Below are positions 1 through 11,630 of a DNA stretch of 52,137 nt, in pieces (position 1 is the stretch's first letter; each line of letters opens with the position of its first letter). A program made the translations under genes and the position numbers. Source of the stretch: Guillardia theta CCMP2712 (taxonomy: Eukaryota > Protista > Cryptophyta); contig NW_005434594.1 of assembly GCF_000315625.1 (NCBI RefSeq), forward strand, positions 1 to 52,137, read 5' to 3'. A model generated the notes under the pieces. It made no database searches. It was given only the letters and a program-made list of their open reading frames with translations, and was not told the DNA's origin.

Positions 1-3000
1 GATAGGGAGCATGAAGAAGAGCCCGCGCGGCAGGTGAACACTCTGCCCTCCTGCTCCTCCAAGCTGCTCACGAAGTCAGAAACTCCCCGCTCCCTTCCGC
101 TCCGCTCCGCTCCTCCCCTCCCCTCCCCCTCTCCCCCTTCTCCCTCTCCCCCCCTCCTCCTCTCCCCATCCCCCCCCTCCTCTCCCTCTTTAATCCTTCT
201 CTCCCCCTCTCTTTCTCTTTCTCCCTCTCCCCCCTCGTCTCCTCTCCTCTCCCCTCCCGTCCTGCTGCCCATTCGCCTCCTTCCTCCCTCTCCCTCTGCC
301 CCTCGCCCGCCTCAACACCTTTTCCTGGATGTTCTGCTCAACCCTGCTCCCTTCATTCTCACCTGCTCGATTGTGTCTGCAATAGGGCAGGTGCTTGCTT
401 TCTGGAGGAAAAGGAGAAGTTAGAGTCGAGAAGGGAAGTACAAGTACGAGTAGGAGAAGCATGTGTAATCGGGCTGGGTTGATTTAGGCGAGATGATGAT
501 GACGAGTTGAGGAACCGAAGCCTCGGAGAATAAGGAGGAGGAGGAGGAGGAGGAGGAGGAGGAGAGGAGGAGGACACAAAGGAGAAGGACAAGGACGAAG
601 AGAAGAAGGAGAAGGAGGAGGAGAAAGGAGGAAGAGGAGAAGGAGAAGATGGAGAAGGAGGAGGAGGAGGATGAGGAGGAGGGGTCACATTTACGTACAG
701 AAATCTTCTCGAGGATGGATCGTTTCACGTTCTGCACGACAGTAACTCCTGCAACATGATGGCGTCACCTCGATATCCGAGACAGTCCAGCCACTCCTTC
801 AGCCGCCCCCCCCCCCTTCGCTCTTCCTGCCTGCCTGCCTGCCTGCCTGCCTTCTGCTGCTGCTGGTGGTGGTGGTGGTGGTGGTGGTGGTGGTGCTGCT
901 GCTGCTGCTGCTGCTCCACCCCCCCCCTCCTCCTCTCTGCATCCTCCTTGTCAGCCTCTGCACCTGCGAGCCTAAGCTGCTCGACGACGTCTTTGGTCAT
1001 GAAGCCCTGGAGGAGAACGACGTCCGGGCGCTGCTGCAGGATACGAGTAGACTGTCTTGACGTCAGCAGGAGGAAGGGAGGAGGAGGAGAGACTCACGGC
1101 TATCCGAGAGTATTCTTTCTCTTGGCGCGGAAGGTGGGCTAGGGCTGTGGAGGAGAGAAGGTGAGAGGAGGAGAGGAGGCGAGGAGGCGAGGAGGAGATG
1201 AGGAGAGGAGGAGAGGACGAAGAGGCAGTGGTGAAGCCAAAAGGAAGAACAGTGGAAAGGTAGTAGTGGGGAGAGGGGAACGGAGGACGAAGGGGAGGTG
1301 GAGGAGAGAAGCAGGCAGTATAAGGAGAGTGTGAAGAGAGGAATCAGAGGGGTGGAGGGGGCAGAATGCGAAGGAGGAGGAAACTTTCTCACAGACGTAA
1401 CGAAATCCTCGAGCGTACTCCACGGAGCAACCGAGGAGGAGGAGCCGAACTCCTCCTCCCTCCCCTAGCGGGGGAACACAGTCGGGCATCCTCTTGTGAG
1501 AGATCTTGATAAAGTTGTTCAGGCCATAAAAATCATTTTGGGAAAATCACAACGAGAATAGTTTAGACACCGTTGTCATACTCTATGTCGCATCATCATC
1601 AACATTATTATCATCTCCATCATCATCTCCATCCTCCTCTTCATCATTATTATGATCATCATCACCACCACCACCACCACCATCGTCACGATCATGTTCA
1701 TCCATCATCAACTCCATCACCATCATCATCACCACCACCATCATCTCAACAGTCCATCTTAGCTCTGACCTGATTCGAGAATATGATTCCCGAGTACGTC
1801 AAGCTGTCCTCTGGTTTGCCTCCCTCCACCTTCTTCACCTTGAAGCTGCTCATGAACTCCAGTATCCCCATCATCTCCTCCTCTTCCTCCTCCTCCTCCG
1901 ACCCAAACAGATTCTGAAACTCCTCCATGGAGAACGAGGACGACTTCCTGACGCTCTGCTCCATCGACGAGCCCTCAGACGAGCTCTGCATGAACGAGTC
2001 GGCCGCCAGCTGCGCCCTCCTCCTCCTCTGCATGCACAGCTGCGATATCGTGTCGAGCACCAGGTACTTGATCACCTGCCTCCACTCCTTGCGGAGGTTC
2101 TCAGAAGCGACGAGGTACGCGATCAGCGCAGTGAGATGGTCGTCCGCTGCCGAGAAAAGTTTCTGAAGCTCACGCATCCTCCCTACGTTGTCCTGCTCCC
2201 TCCCAGACTCCACTTCTTTCTCCGACTCCATCACACTCCGCCCTGGCAAGGCAGCCGGGACAGTCTTTGACCCACTCTCCCCCTCCTCGTCCTCCTCGTC
2301 CTCCCCCTTGCCCCTTTCCATGCGATGCCGGCCTTCTCGATCGTCATACGTCGCTCCCTCCTCCTCCTCCTCCTCCTCCTCCCTCTGCAACACGTCGGCG
2401 ACTCCCTCAGGGCTCTCCCTTCCCTCGTCTTTCCCTCCCAGCATCCAGTCCCACCCAGGAAGGTTCGCACTGCGAGGTGAGATCGCCCACAGTCCCGTCT
2501 TTCCTGGCGATCGCTCCCCAACTGACCTGCTCGACGGATCTTGCGACGTCCGCAGCAGAGACCGGTCCCTCTCCGCAGACGAGGTCCGGGCTACGTCCAC
2601 CGAGGGCCGACCAGTCGAGCTCACCACGTTCGCCTCCTCCGCGTTCTGACCCTCAGCAGAGGGAATGCTGCTGTCGTGGAGGGAAGAGCTAGCAGCCCGC
2701 ATGCTATTGGTCGACATAGAAAAGCAGTGCTCGCATACTCGCTGCTCGTTTCCCTCCACCAGGGCCCGGTGGGAGCTGCACTTGCCACAGAAGATCCTCC
2801 CGCAGCTCCTGCAGTGATGCTTCCTGTTGAACAACGAGAACTGGGAGTTGCATTCGAAGCAATGCGAGACGGCACTGTTGTTCATCCAAACAGCTCCCGA
2901 GGACTTGGAGGAAGAGGAGGAGGAGGAGGAGGAGGAGGATTGGAACCGCAGAGGTTGAACGAGGCGAGCAAAGATGCTGCTGTTCCTCGGCTCAAGACCC

Positions 3001-3410
3001 ACATCAGAACCGCGAGCCTGGCCAGCCAGCTGCTCCTGCTGCTCTACCCGGACTCCTCCTCCTGTCCCTTCCTGCTCCTGCGACTTGTGTGAAGCCTTGA
3101 GCCACCTCGAGCCACCCTGCTCCTTCCCCATACACTCTTCAAGAATCCTCAGCCAGTGCTGGGTGACGTCGATGCTGTCTCCTCTCAAGTACACGGCGCT
3201 GCCCTGGAGATGGTACAAGACCACCTGCTCCTGCTCCTGCTTCACGGATAGAATGTTGCGAATGGGAATGATGCAGAGCGGGACCGGGTCGTTCCCTTCC
3301 TGGACATAGCAGGAGAAGGTGCGAGGGGTGTTGGTGTCCAGTACGCACCATCGTTTCTTCCAGATGTTCTCCTCTCTTACACTCAGCCAACCTGAGTGTC
3401 TGTAGCTCAT
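1..3410 (-). CDS. FAB1: FAB1/PIKfyve-like PI3P 5-kinase, 5' part (PH + FYVE + Cpn60/CCT-like domain); multi-exon, continues beyond the window start
   Basis: Exon 3410-1771 has a PH motif (GWLSVREENIWKKRWCVL), a FYVE motif (CFECNSQFSLFNRKHHCRSCGRIFCGKCS) and KVKKVEGGKPEDSLTYSGIIFSN. Later exons give ISHKRM...RLLLLGCSVEY, QEKEY, PDVVLL and GVTVVQNVKRSILEKIS, matching the FAB1 chaperonin-like domain. Confidence 0.82.
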
Positions 3411-3825
3411 GCTGTCTGCGAGTTGTCAAGGCCAAGGCAACACATTTCGCCTTGGAGGGGGATCAAGCAAGCCTGCTGGTGCAAGGCTCAGCCCTGAGGA
3501 GATCATCGTTAGATCTTCCTTGACTGTCGCAGGGAGAACTCCTCTTCGACCTCCCCTGTGGCCTGCTCTGAAACATCTTCCAATCTCCCATCTACCCCGA
3601 TAAGCGCTACAGTCTCTGTCTGCGTGTTCTCCTCACGCCATCTCACCGCATTCCTTCACAATCACTGCAACGTCTGCAGGCAGGAGAACATTTCCCGTGT
3701 TGCTCTTCTACTGCCATTTTCTCATCCTCCTTCTGCTCGTCTTCGTCCTCCGTCCTCCCTTCCTCGTATCCTTCAACCTCGTCCTCCTCTCCAGTTCTCA
3801 CTTGTCCCTTGATGTCCTGCCCTGC

Positions 3826-3900
3826 CCTGCCCTGTCCTGTCCTGTCCTGTCCTGTCCTGTCCTGTCCTGTCCTGTCCTGTCCTGTCCTGTCCTGTCCTGT
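3826..3900. repeat. (CCTGT)n pentanucleotide microsatellite
   Basis: Directly visible tandem cctgt run. Confidence 0.95.
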
Positions 3901-4212
3901 CCCGTCCGGCCCGTCCCCTCCTGCTCCCTCCCCTCCCCTCCCCTCCCCTCCCCTCCTCCCTCATTTTCTGCGCCCTCTACGTCGCTTTCGCGCAGCTCTC
4001 CCGACATTCTCAATTCCTCTGGTATTTTGCTCATCTGGGGAAATGAAGCCCTAAATATTAGTATACGGGTAATTATCATCCAAGTTTCAAGCTCCCCTCA
4101 GCTTGATGTTAGGGACTAATAAAAGACACTAATAAAATGCGATCATTCTTGTTATAAAAGGAGAGAGCGTTGTACGACGTGGGATCCCGGCGAACGCGAG
4201 CTTGCAAAGCGA

Positions 4213-4354
4213 GCACAGCACAGCACAGCACAGCACAGCACAGCACAGCACAGCACAGCACAGCACAGCACAGCACAGCACAGCACAGCACAGCACAGCA
4301 CAGCACAGCACAGCACAGCACAGCACAGCACAGCACAGCACAGCACAGCACAGC
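4213..4354. repeat. (CAGCA)n pentanucleotide microsatellite upstream of the ABHD gene
   Basis: Directly visible; explains the STAQH/LCCAV pseudo-ORFs. Confidence 0.95.
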
Positions 4355-4433
4355 AGAGTTTCAAGAAAGGGGAATAGAGAAGAGGAATAGGGCAAGCTGA
4401 TAGCAGAGGGACACGAGCGGGAGGAGGACAGCG

Positions 4434-6323
4434 ATGTTGGGCTCCTTGGTACCTCCCGAGTGCTCTTGCTGGTGCTTGTGCTGGATTTTCCTGCTGCTCG
4501 TTACCCTTGCATGCACAGTCAAGGTGATGTTCATGGCATCGAAGCCGCAGATCGAGCTAGTGTACTCCAAGGTCGACTACCCGTGGTCATCATTCTGCTT
4601 CGATGCAGTGCTCAAAGACTGTCCTTCACTTCAGATGGGTTTCCGACACGACCCCCTCCTCTTCTGGGGGGATCTGATGACCCTGACCGTCCTTGCTCGG
4701 TCTGGGCCTCGCATCCTCTACGACCGTGAAGTCCTGACGATGGAAGACGGAGGAACGATTTCCCTGGACTGGGTCTTGAGGACGGAGAACGGGAGCATGG
4801 GTTCGCTGGGCCCTGAGCTGGCAGACTCGCAGGCCATCCTGGTCCTCCTGCACGGGCTCTCAGGGGGTAGCGACGAGTCGTACGTCAGGTCCATGGCCAA
4901 CTTGGCGGCAGAGCAATGTCAGTTCAGAGTGGTAGCGTACAACTTCAGATGCTGCGGGAGCACGCCTGTGACAGCAGGTATAACCTACTCCGCTGCATGG
5001 ACGGAGGACTTCAGGCACGTCATCAACTACCTGCACAACAAGTACCCCAATGCTCCTCTCTTCGCCGCCGGGTTCTCGTTGGGAGCTAACGTGCTAGTGA
5101 AGTACCTGGGGGAGGAGGGCAGCCGCTGCCCGCTCGTCGCTGCGTCTGCCGTCTCGAACCCTCTCCACTTGATGAGTGCAAACAAGATGTTGAGGAAAGG
5201 CCTCGGGTATGTGTACGATTTTGTTCTCGCCATGGGGTTGGTCGACAAGTTCAAGCCGCTGATCAGGTGACGTGGGCGCCTGTTTCGCGGTCGCCGGCCC
5301 TGAGCTTGCAGTGGGTTCACCAGGTATCTTAAGAAGTACAAGTATCCGTATGAGATCAACTGGGACGCCATCTCTCAAGTGCAGACTGTGCAAGACTTCG
5401 ACGAGTGCTTCACACGGCGGATGTTTGGTCCTCCCTCACGCTCCTCCGAGCGCCTGCTGACCTCACAGCAGGTTTCGAGTCTGTCTTCGACTACTATCGC
5501 AAAGGAAGCAGCCTACAGTTTCTCCAGGTGAGCCCCTCTTCTCCACTCCTCCTCCCCCTTCCCCCTGATCCTTCTCCCCTTCTTCCCCCTCGTCCTTCCC
5601 CCTCCCTCCCTCCTCGACCTCCCCTCGTCCTTCTCCCTCCCTCCCTCCTCGACCTTCCCTCCCTCCCCCCCAATTCCCCCCATACGATCTCTCTTCTCGT
5701 CGGTTGCTCCGTGACCGACGTTTCTAACGCCTGCTCTTGCCCCTGTACTCTCAGAAAGTCCACACTCCCCTCCTGCTCCTGCTGGCTGAGGTCGATCCCC
5801 CGACGTCTTCTTCGCCATACCTCTTAACGCTTCTCGCTACAGGACGACAGCATCATCGACGTTGCCTCAATGGACAAGCAGCTCATCCTCAGGAACCCCA
5901 ACCTCGTCCTCGCGCTGACCAAGAGGTACGCTCTTGCATACCCACACCCCTGCCGCCCCTCACTTGTGCATGCAGAGGAGGGCACGTAGCCTGGCACGAG
6001 TCTCTACATCCTTCTAAGCCGCAGTGGGGAGATCGATCCGTAAGTGCCTTATGTGCTGCTCCTGCTGTCCCAGCTCCGTACTGTACTCCTTCATGTCTTC
6101 CACCACCACCTCCTCCTCCTCCTGCACTGCTGCTGCTCCTCTTGCTCCAGCCTCCTCCTCCGCCTCCTCCCCCCTCCCCCCCCCTCTCTGCTTCTTCTGG
6201 TCATCCTCTTACTCTGATCCTCCTTTGACTGACTGGGCTTTGAACTTGTAGACTCTGGAGTTCTTCTGTGCGATCTTTCATCATAGAATGGCCTTAGGGA
6301 TGCCTCAGCCGACGAGACGGTAG
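4434..6323 (+). CDS. Alpha/beta hydrolase of the ABHD1/2/3-YheT family with an N-terminal TM segment; about 7 exons
   Basis: Motifs DGGTISLDW, LHGLSGGSDESYVR, GFSLGAN (nucleophile elbow), LLAE|DDSI (catalytic Asp) and GGHVAW (catalytic His). GT-AG introns; stop at 6321-6323. Confidence 0.88.
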
Positions 6324-6554
6324 CAAGCTGCTCCTGCTCCTGCTCCTGCCTCATCCTGCTGCTCCTGCTGATATTGCTCTTGCTCCTTCTGCTCCTGCTC
6401 CTGCCGTGGATGCTCGTTCAACATTCTTTATACCCACTCGACTAGCGAGTGTTGAAACCTGGAGATAGTGAAGCCTTGCGCTGACGCCGTACAAAGACCT
6501 GTCGTGCCACCATAAGGACCGAGAAATTTCCTGTGAACAAGTAGAAACTGAAAG

Positions 6555-7439
6555 AGAGGAGAAACATTCTTTGAACAAGTAGAAACGTAGAAAAGAGGAG
6601 AAGCATTCTTCCAACATGCGACAACTGCAATGATGTTTAGAGCAAGGCTAGAATCACTGTTGACGTCATCGATTCAAGTCTTTTCTGTCACTTGGGCTGT
6701 TGTATGTCACTTGTTCTCTCGTCCTCTACATCCCTAGTACTTCATACCAGGGTCTACCGCCAACATGGCAGAAATCTCCTGTCTCCTCTCCTCAGTGTCA
6801 GTGTGACACTGTGTTTAAATATTCATCAAAACTGTCGATGATAGTTTTACTTTGTTTGAAGTATTCATCAAAACAATCGTTGACAATTTCATAATTGTAC
6901 TTCAAATTTTAATCAAAATAATCAGCGATGCGTTTGCTTCCAACTTCGATGATAGTTTCATTAAGATATCGAATGTTCATCAAAACAATCGTTGACGAAT
7001 TCATATTGTACTTCAAATTTTAATCAAGATAATCAGCGATGCTTCTGCTTCATTTGAAGTGTTCATCAAAAACTTCAATGATAATTTCATTATCATATTT
7101 CAAAGGTTCATCAAAAACTTCGATGATAGTTCCATTATCATATTTCAAGGATGAATCAAAAGAATCAATCAAAGGCTCTCGCGCGCTTGTGTACATCCAG
7201 AAGAAGGCTCGAGGAGGCGAGGGCTCGTCTCAAGGCCTCGCCCTGGCCTCGCTTGTCTCCCGACGATCCTCCCCTAGAACAGGAACATGTCTCCATCCTG
7301 ATGCGACTTGTACGTCACCTCCCCGTCGTTGAACCCCATCGCCTCCTCCTGCTCCTCCTGCTCCTCCTGAGCTCCCGGTTGTGCAAATCCCCCACAACAT
7401 GCAACGGAGGAGGCGGCGAGGCCCCCCGGCGGTTCGAAT
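6555..7439 (-). pseudogene. Inverted diverged duplicate of ~49315-50035 (bZIP C-terminal coding tail at 7439-7274, intergenic region, MsrB 3' tip)
   Basis: The minus strand encodes FEPPGGLAASSVACCGGFAQPGAQEEQEEQEEAMGFNDGEVTYKSHQDGDMFLF*, nearly identical to the end of ORF 48544-49470. Nucleotide similarity continues through the 3' region (e.g. acatcattgcagttgtcgcatgtt). Confidence 0.9.
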
Positions 7440-7672
7440 GTGACATCCTTACCCTCCTTCCTCTCTTCCCTGTCCTCAACTCCTGTATGTTATTCCATGT
7501 TATCTTTATGACATCTTTCAGAGCAGAATTCAGGGTATAGTTGATATCCCATATATAGATAGCAGCTACGTGCACAGCCCCAGCAGATCATTATTGTTTC
7601 ATCTTTAGTGTTTTTGTCCCGTAATATATTGTTCATTTTTGACAAAGTACAGTAAAAATAAACTAAATATCT

Positions 7673-9209
7673 CTAGTCTTCCTCAATGACTACTTGCCTA
7701 CTGGCTGTCTCCATAAACTTTTGCAGATCACTCTCGGTTGCCTTTGCGATCTCCTCGTCTGACACCAGGTCGCTTGGGAGGGGGAGGGTGAAGCTTGTGC
7801 AGTAGGGCTCGCTTATGAAGCGTTGGATCAGCGAACAGGTCCATCCACGCATGCTATCGAGGTACGCGCCCTTGTCCATGGACTGGTCGCTCCTCATCTT
7901 TTCAATGTCTTCAACATACTGAAGTATGACATTCACGAAACTGTTCATGCTCGATGTGTATTGTTTGTCGTTGAGATGGGCACGGCCGAAGAATCCTAAA
8001 AAGATATCTAGCCAAGGCCGACCACTATGGGCATGAGCTCAATGTGCCCGTTATCGCGATTCCATTGCATTTTCTCGAGGTTCTTCATGAAGCCCTCGTC
8101 GAAGCAAAAGTAGTCGAGCTGTAGCTTGCTGTTCTTTACTTGGTGGAGATCCTTCATCTTTGACATGAACTCCCCGTCTTCCAAGATGACAATGTTGCTC
8201 TTCCGAAGGTTCATACTGATGGTCCTTCGATCTAGCGACTCGTCCTTGATCCTTGACTTGTAGTCGTAGTATCCCTTGATGCCGTCGTTGATCTTCATGA
8301 TCTGGAAGGAGATCGTTGGGAATGTGCCGCAGACGTAGTCCGTGCCAAAGGTGGAGCCGTAGGTGTGGTAGCTGTTGTGGTTCATCCTCGGCCCCTTGAA
8401 GAGCCACATCCCCTCGCAGGGGTGCATGGGGCATAGGATCCCGTTCTCCTGGAGTGTGGTGTTGCATGCGAAGTTGTAGACCGCCACGCTCTCGGCGTTG
8501 AGCTTGATCATGTCGCAGTGTAGTGTTTCGGAGGTGGGCTGCGCAATCTCGCAGGGCTCCGTCGAGTGCTCGTAGATGTCTATCTCTGTAGGGATATCTA
8601 GGCCGAACTCATTGCCACCATCTTGATGATCTTGAGCCTTGCCCTCTGGCTTGCCTTCCTGAGCCAGTTGACCTCCTCTGACTCGCAGATATCCTTTGTG
8701 GTCGTCTCCTTGGCGGCATCGAGCATAAGGTTGTAGAACTCGTCTACCGCGTTGGGCAAACCACCGTCAACCACAATGAAGAGCTTGTGCTCGAGCACGT
8801 CATTCACAAAGTTCCTATCAAAGGCATGGTAGAGGCCTATGCTGGTCGGAGGCTCGGGCTTCCAGGGCATGCTATCTACATACTTGTGGTTCTGGTCCCA
8901 GTTGACGTCTCCGTATTCGTCCACTACGACATCATTGAGAGGCATACAGGACAAGCCAGCGAAATTCTTCAAGCTCTCCTTCTTCAGCGTCTTCAGGATC
9001 TTAAGCATCTTCTCCCTACAGAGCTGGGGGTTTGTGAGGAGCTCTATGACTTTGTTGTTGACCCCCAGGTTGGCCTGTGTGTCGAACGCGTGATATCCTT
9101 CGTTGGTTGAGTAGTCGTTTTGATCCTCATCGTAGTCATCCTCAATGTAATCGACGTCGGGTAGGACCTGGAGCCTTAGGCACTCGGTCATGGTGACGCT
9201 GTAGAACAT
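7673..9209 (-). pseudogene. Intronless unknown gene (~510 codons) split by two -1 frameshifts into ORFs 8598-9209, 8008-8511 and 7673-7948
   Basis: Each downstream frame is open through the upstream stop (NEFGLDIPTEIDIYEH...MIKLN; RPWLDIFLGFFGRAHLNDKQYTSSMNSF). Uniform coding-like codon usage; AT-rich 3' flank. Confidence 0.6.
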
Positions 9210-9504
9210 GTTCCTGCATATCGGAAGCACCGAGCCGAGGATGATGAAGGCCGAGAGCATCACAAAGGACATCACCGCGGACTACGAGAAGGAGCCAAAG
9301 GCTTATGGGAGAGAGAACTACTTTGAGAACAACAACAGCAACGTTATCTATGTGGATCCAGAGACAGAGGGCCTAAGGGACGAGGACGCGTCATCCAACA
9401 TCTCCCTGACAAGCGAGGTGAAGAGCATGAAGTCGACTGCGCCCGAGCCCAAGACTCTTTATAACTTCAGGAGACCCTCGAAGAAGCAGAAGCTGTACAT
9501 CTAG
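9208..9504 (+). CDS. Hypothetical 98-aa protein or gene fragment with a C-terminal NLS-like RRPSKKQK
   Basis: ORF with the same codon style as the adjacent block; no recognisable domain. Confidence 0.4.
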   Translation: MFLHIGSTEPRMMKAESITKDITADYEKEPKAYGRENYFENNNSNVIYVDPETEGLRDEDASSNISLTSEVKSMKSTAPEPKTLYNFRRPSKKQKLYI

Positions 9505-9510
9505 TCTGAG

Positions 9511-11630
9511 ATGGACGAGCTGTGGAAGACTATGAGATCCGTGTATGGCATTGGAAAGTGATCTTCATCGCCTCCTATGCCTCGGACCTCTCCAGTATCA
9601 TTCTGTAGGATTTTGGGCAGGTAGGCATATACGGTATCTTGTAGGGTAGTCCCTGGGAATCGAGGGGTGGTTTAGGGATTTCAGTTATTTGTACCAGGTA
9701 ATTTGAGACCTTACGAAATTGATTTGAAATGTTCACTAGAATAATTTTTATATGTCGATAAATAACAGTACAAAATGAAAAATATTTTATTTTGCTGCCA
9801 CCTTGTCCTTTACCCCTTGATGCTGGCATAGATGCAAACCATCTGCTGATGTGGACCATTGGATGAGAAGCAGTTGAGAGAGACAATGACACAGGTGAAT
9901 CAGAAGCCCAACATGCATGTGTGCTTGAAGGCTTGCGACGGATGTGTGATTCGGAAGCTTACACATGTGCTTTGAGTTTTTCAATGAGAGTTTTCCTCCA
10001 AAATATTTTATTTTGCTGCCTCCTTGTCCTTTGCTGATGCGGACCATTGGATGAGAAGCTGTTGAGAGAGACAATGACACAGAAGGTATCGCAGATATCT
10101 GGAAGGCATGCAGCCCAATGATCGTTGTGAGAGCATTCAAACGGATAATCTCCGTGTTTCACTTCCCTTGTTACAACACTGCGCGCTGGAGAGTTCACAG
10201 ATACTCTGCAGAGATGACTAGCTTCTCAAGAGACTTTCAGATAGAATTCCAGCAAGAAAAGCATGCAGGCTTGATTTTGACATATATATTCCTGGATTCA
10301 AATGAATACTTGCTCTGTCGCAGAAAATTATTGTTGATGCAAAGCTTGACATCTGACTTGCAGCGAAAAGCAGCACACTTGCTGCTCAGATGCAGAGATG
10401 TTAAACCAAGCTTTATTTGAGAGGACCCTCAACTTTGGTTTAGTAAACTATCATTAAGCTCAAATTCAATCTACCATATTGAGTGGAGGAGGTTATCTAA
10501 CATATGGAAACACACTCTGACAATCTGATTATTACGATCAGAAAATCACAAGTGTTGCATGAATCAGTATCGTAGACCATAAATTTTATAGGAGAACATC
10601 CGCTTCGCACCTGCCTAGAACATTTAAAATGAGGCTACCTACATCTGATTGATGGTACAATGCAGCTATGAGGAAAGCTTAAACGCATTTGGGAAATTTC
10701 CTCAAATTTTTCCTGGCCCAAACTTTCTTCATTGTCACGAGTCTTTCCATACCATCTTCGAAGAAGCAACATCCTCTTCATACATTTACATGTGTCCATG
10801 CTTCTTCATACGTTTGCATGTGTCCATGTTAACTGTTGCAGGTTCTGACAGAAATCCTGTGTAAACCTCAGAATGTGCTTCATAGGGGTTGAGAAGGTAA
10901 ATATGACTGGGCGGCTCATCTGCAGGAAAATCTTCAAGGCTATTCAAAACTTTCCAAACATGAGGAGGATACGATTTATCCTAGACAAACACATGACGAC
11001 AACGCCTTGTGTTGTGTTGCTCCCGGCATGTAACATGCCAAAGCCCCATTGACGGTGAAATTCGCATCCTTGCTTGCCATGCAGTGTTGCTTGTAGAAAG
11101 AGAATGCTTGGGATCTCGAGAGACTCTGCTCAATCATCACAATCTCATGCTCTGTTGTAGAATGATGCCATTCCAAACATAAATCCTCTTTGACTTAAAA
11201 CTTTGAGTAAAAGTCTTTGGATGCGGTGGGACGATTTCCACCCACCCCACATAGATTTTGGGGTAAGCAGTACCGGTATGTTGTGACATTCTGTACGGGA
11301 TTGGAAGTTCCTGGTAACAATATGTAAACATCATGTATGTGTTTATATATATAAAAATAAATAAAACGAAAATGATACAAATGTCTAACTGACTCCTACA
11401 AAAATAGCTATGAGATATTTGAACAAAAACACGCTGTATTAAAAACTAATTCAACGACCCCTCTCGAACAATCCATGTACCACCACCCCCTTATTCAGGG
11501 GAAACCACCGGGTCATTAGTCATAACCGGTACTGGGAGATCGAGAACTGACAAAAAGCAACTTTTCCTTGGTTTTTCCTGGGCGAAATCCTACAGAATGT
11601 ATTCTCCCCTCGATTGCCTTCATCATCTAC
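9511..11630 (+). pseudogene. Gene remnant interrupted by the CACTA-like element and truncated by tandem array 1
   Basis: Removing 9599-11599 plus one TAT gives MDELWKTMRSVYGIG(1-bp frameshift)VIFIASYASDLSSILPSIAFIIY, which reads through the insertion site. Confidence 0.5.
9599..11599. mobile_element. Non-autonomous CMC/CACTA(EnSpm)-like DNA transposon, 2001 bp
   Basis: TIR CATTCTGTAGGATTT is perfect for 15 bp (20/23 extended). 3-bp TSD TAT at 9596-9598 and 11600-11602. Internal duplication (~9779-9894 vs ~10000-10083) and a decayed minus-strand ORF. Confidence 0.8.

Noticed and set aside
9780-11340. Fanzor/TnpB or transposase inside the CACTA-like element
   Set aside because: No RuvC, zinc-ribbon or DDE motifs could be read in the decayed frames.
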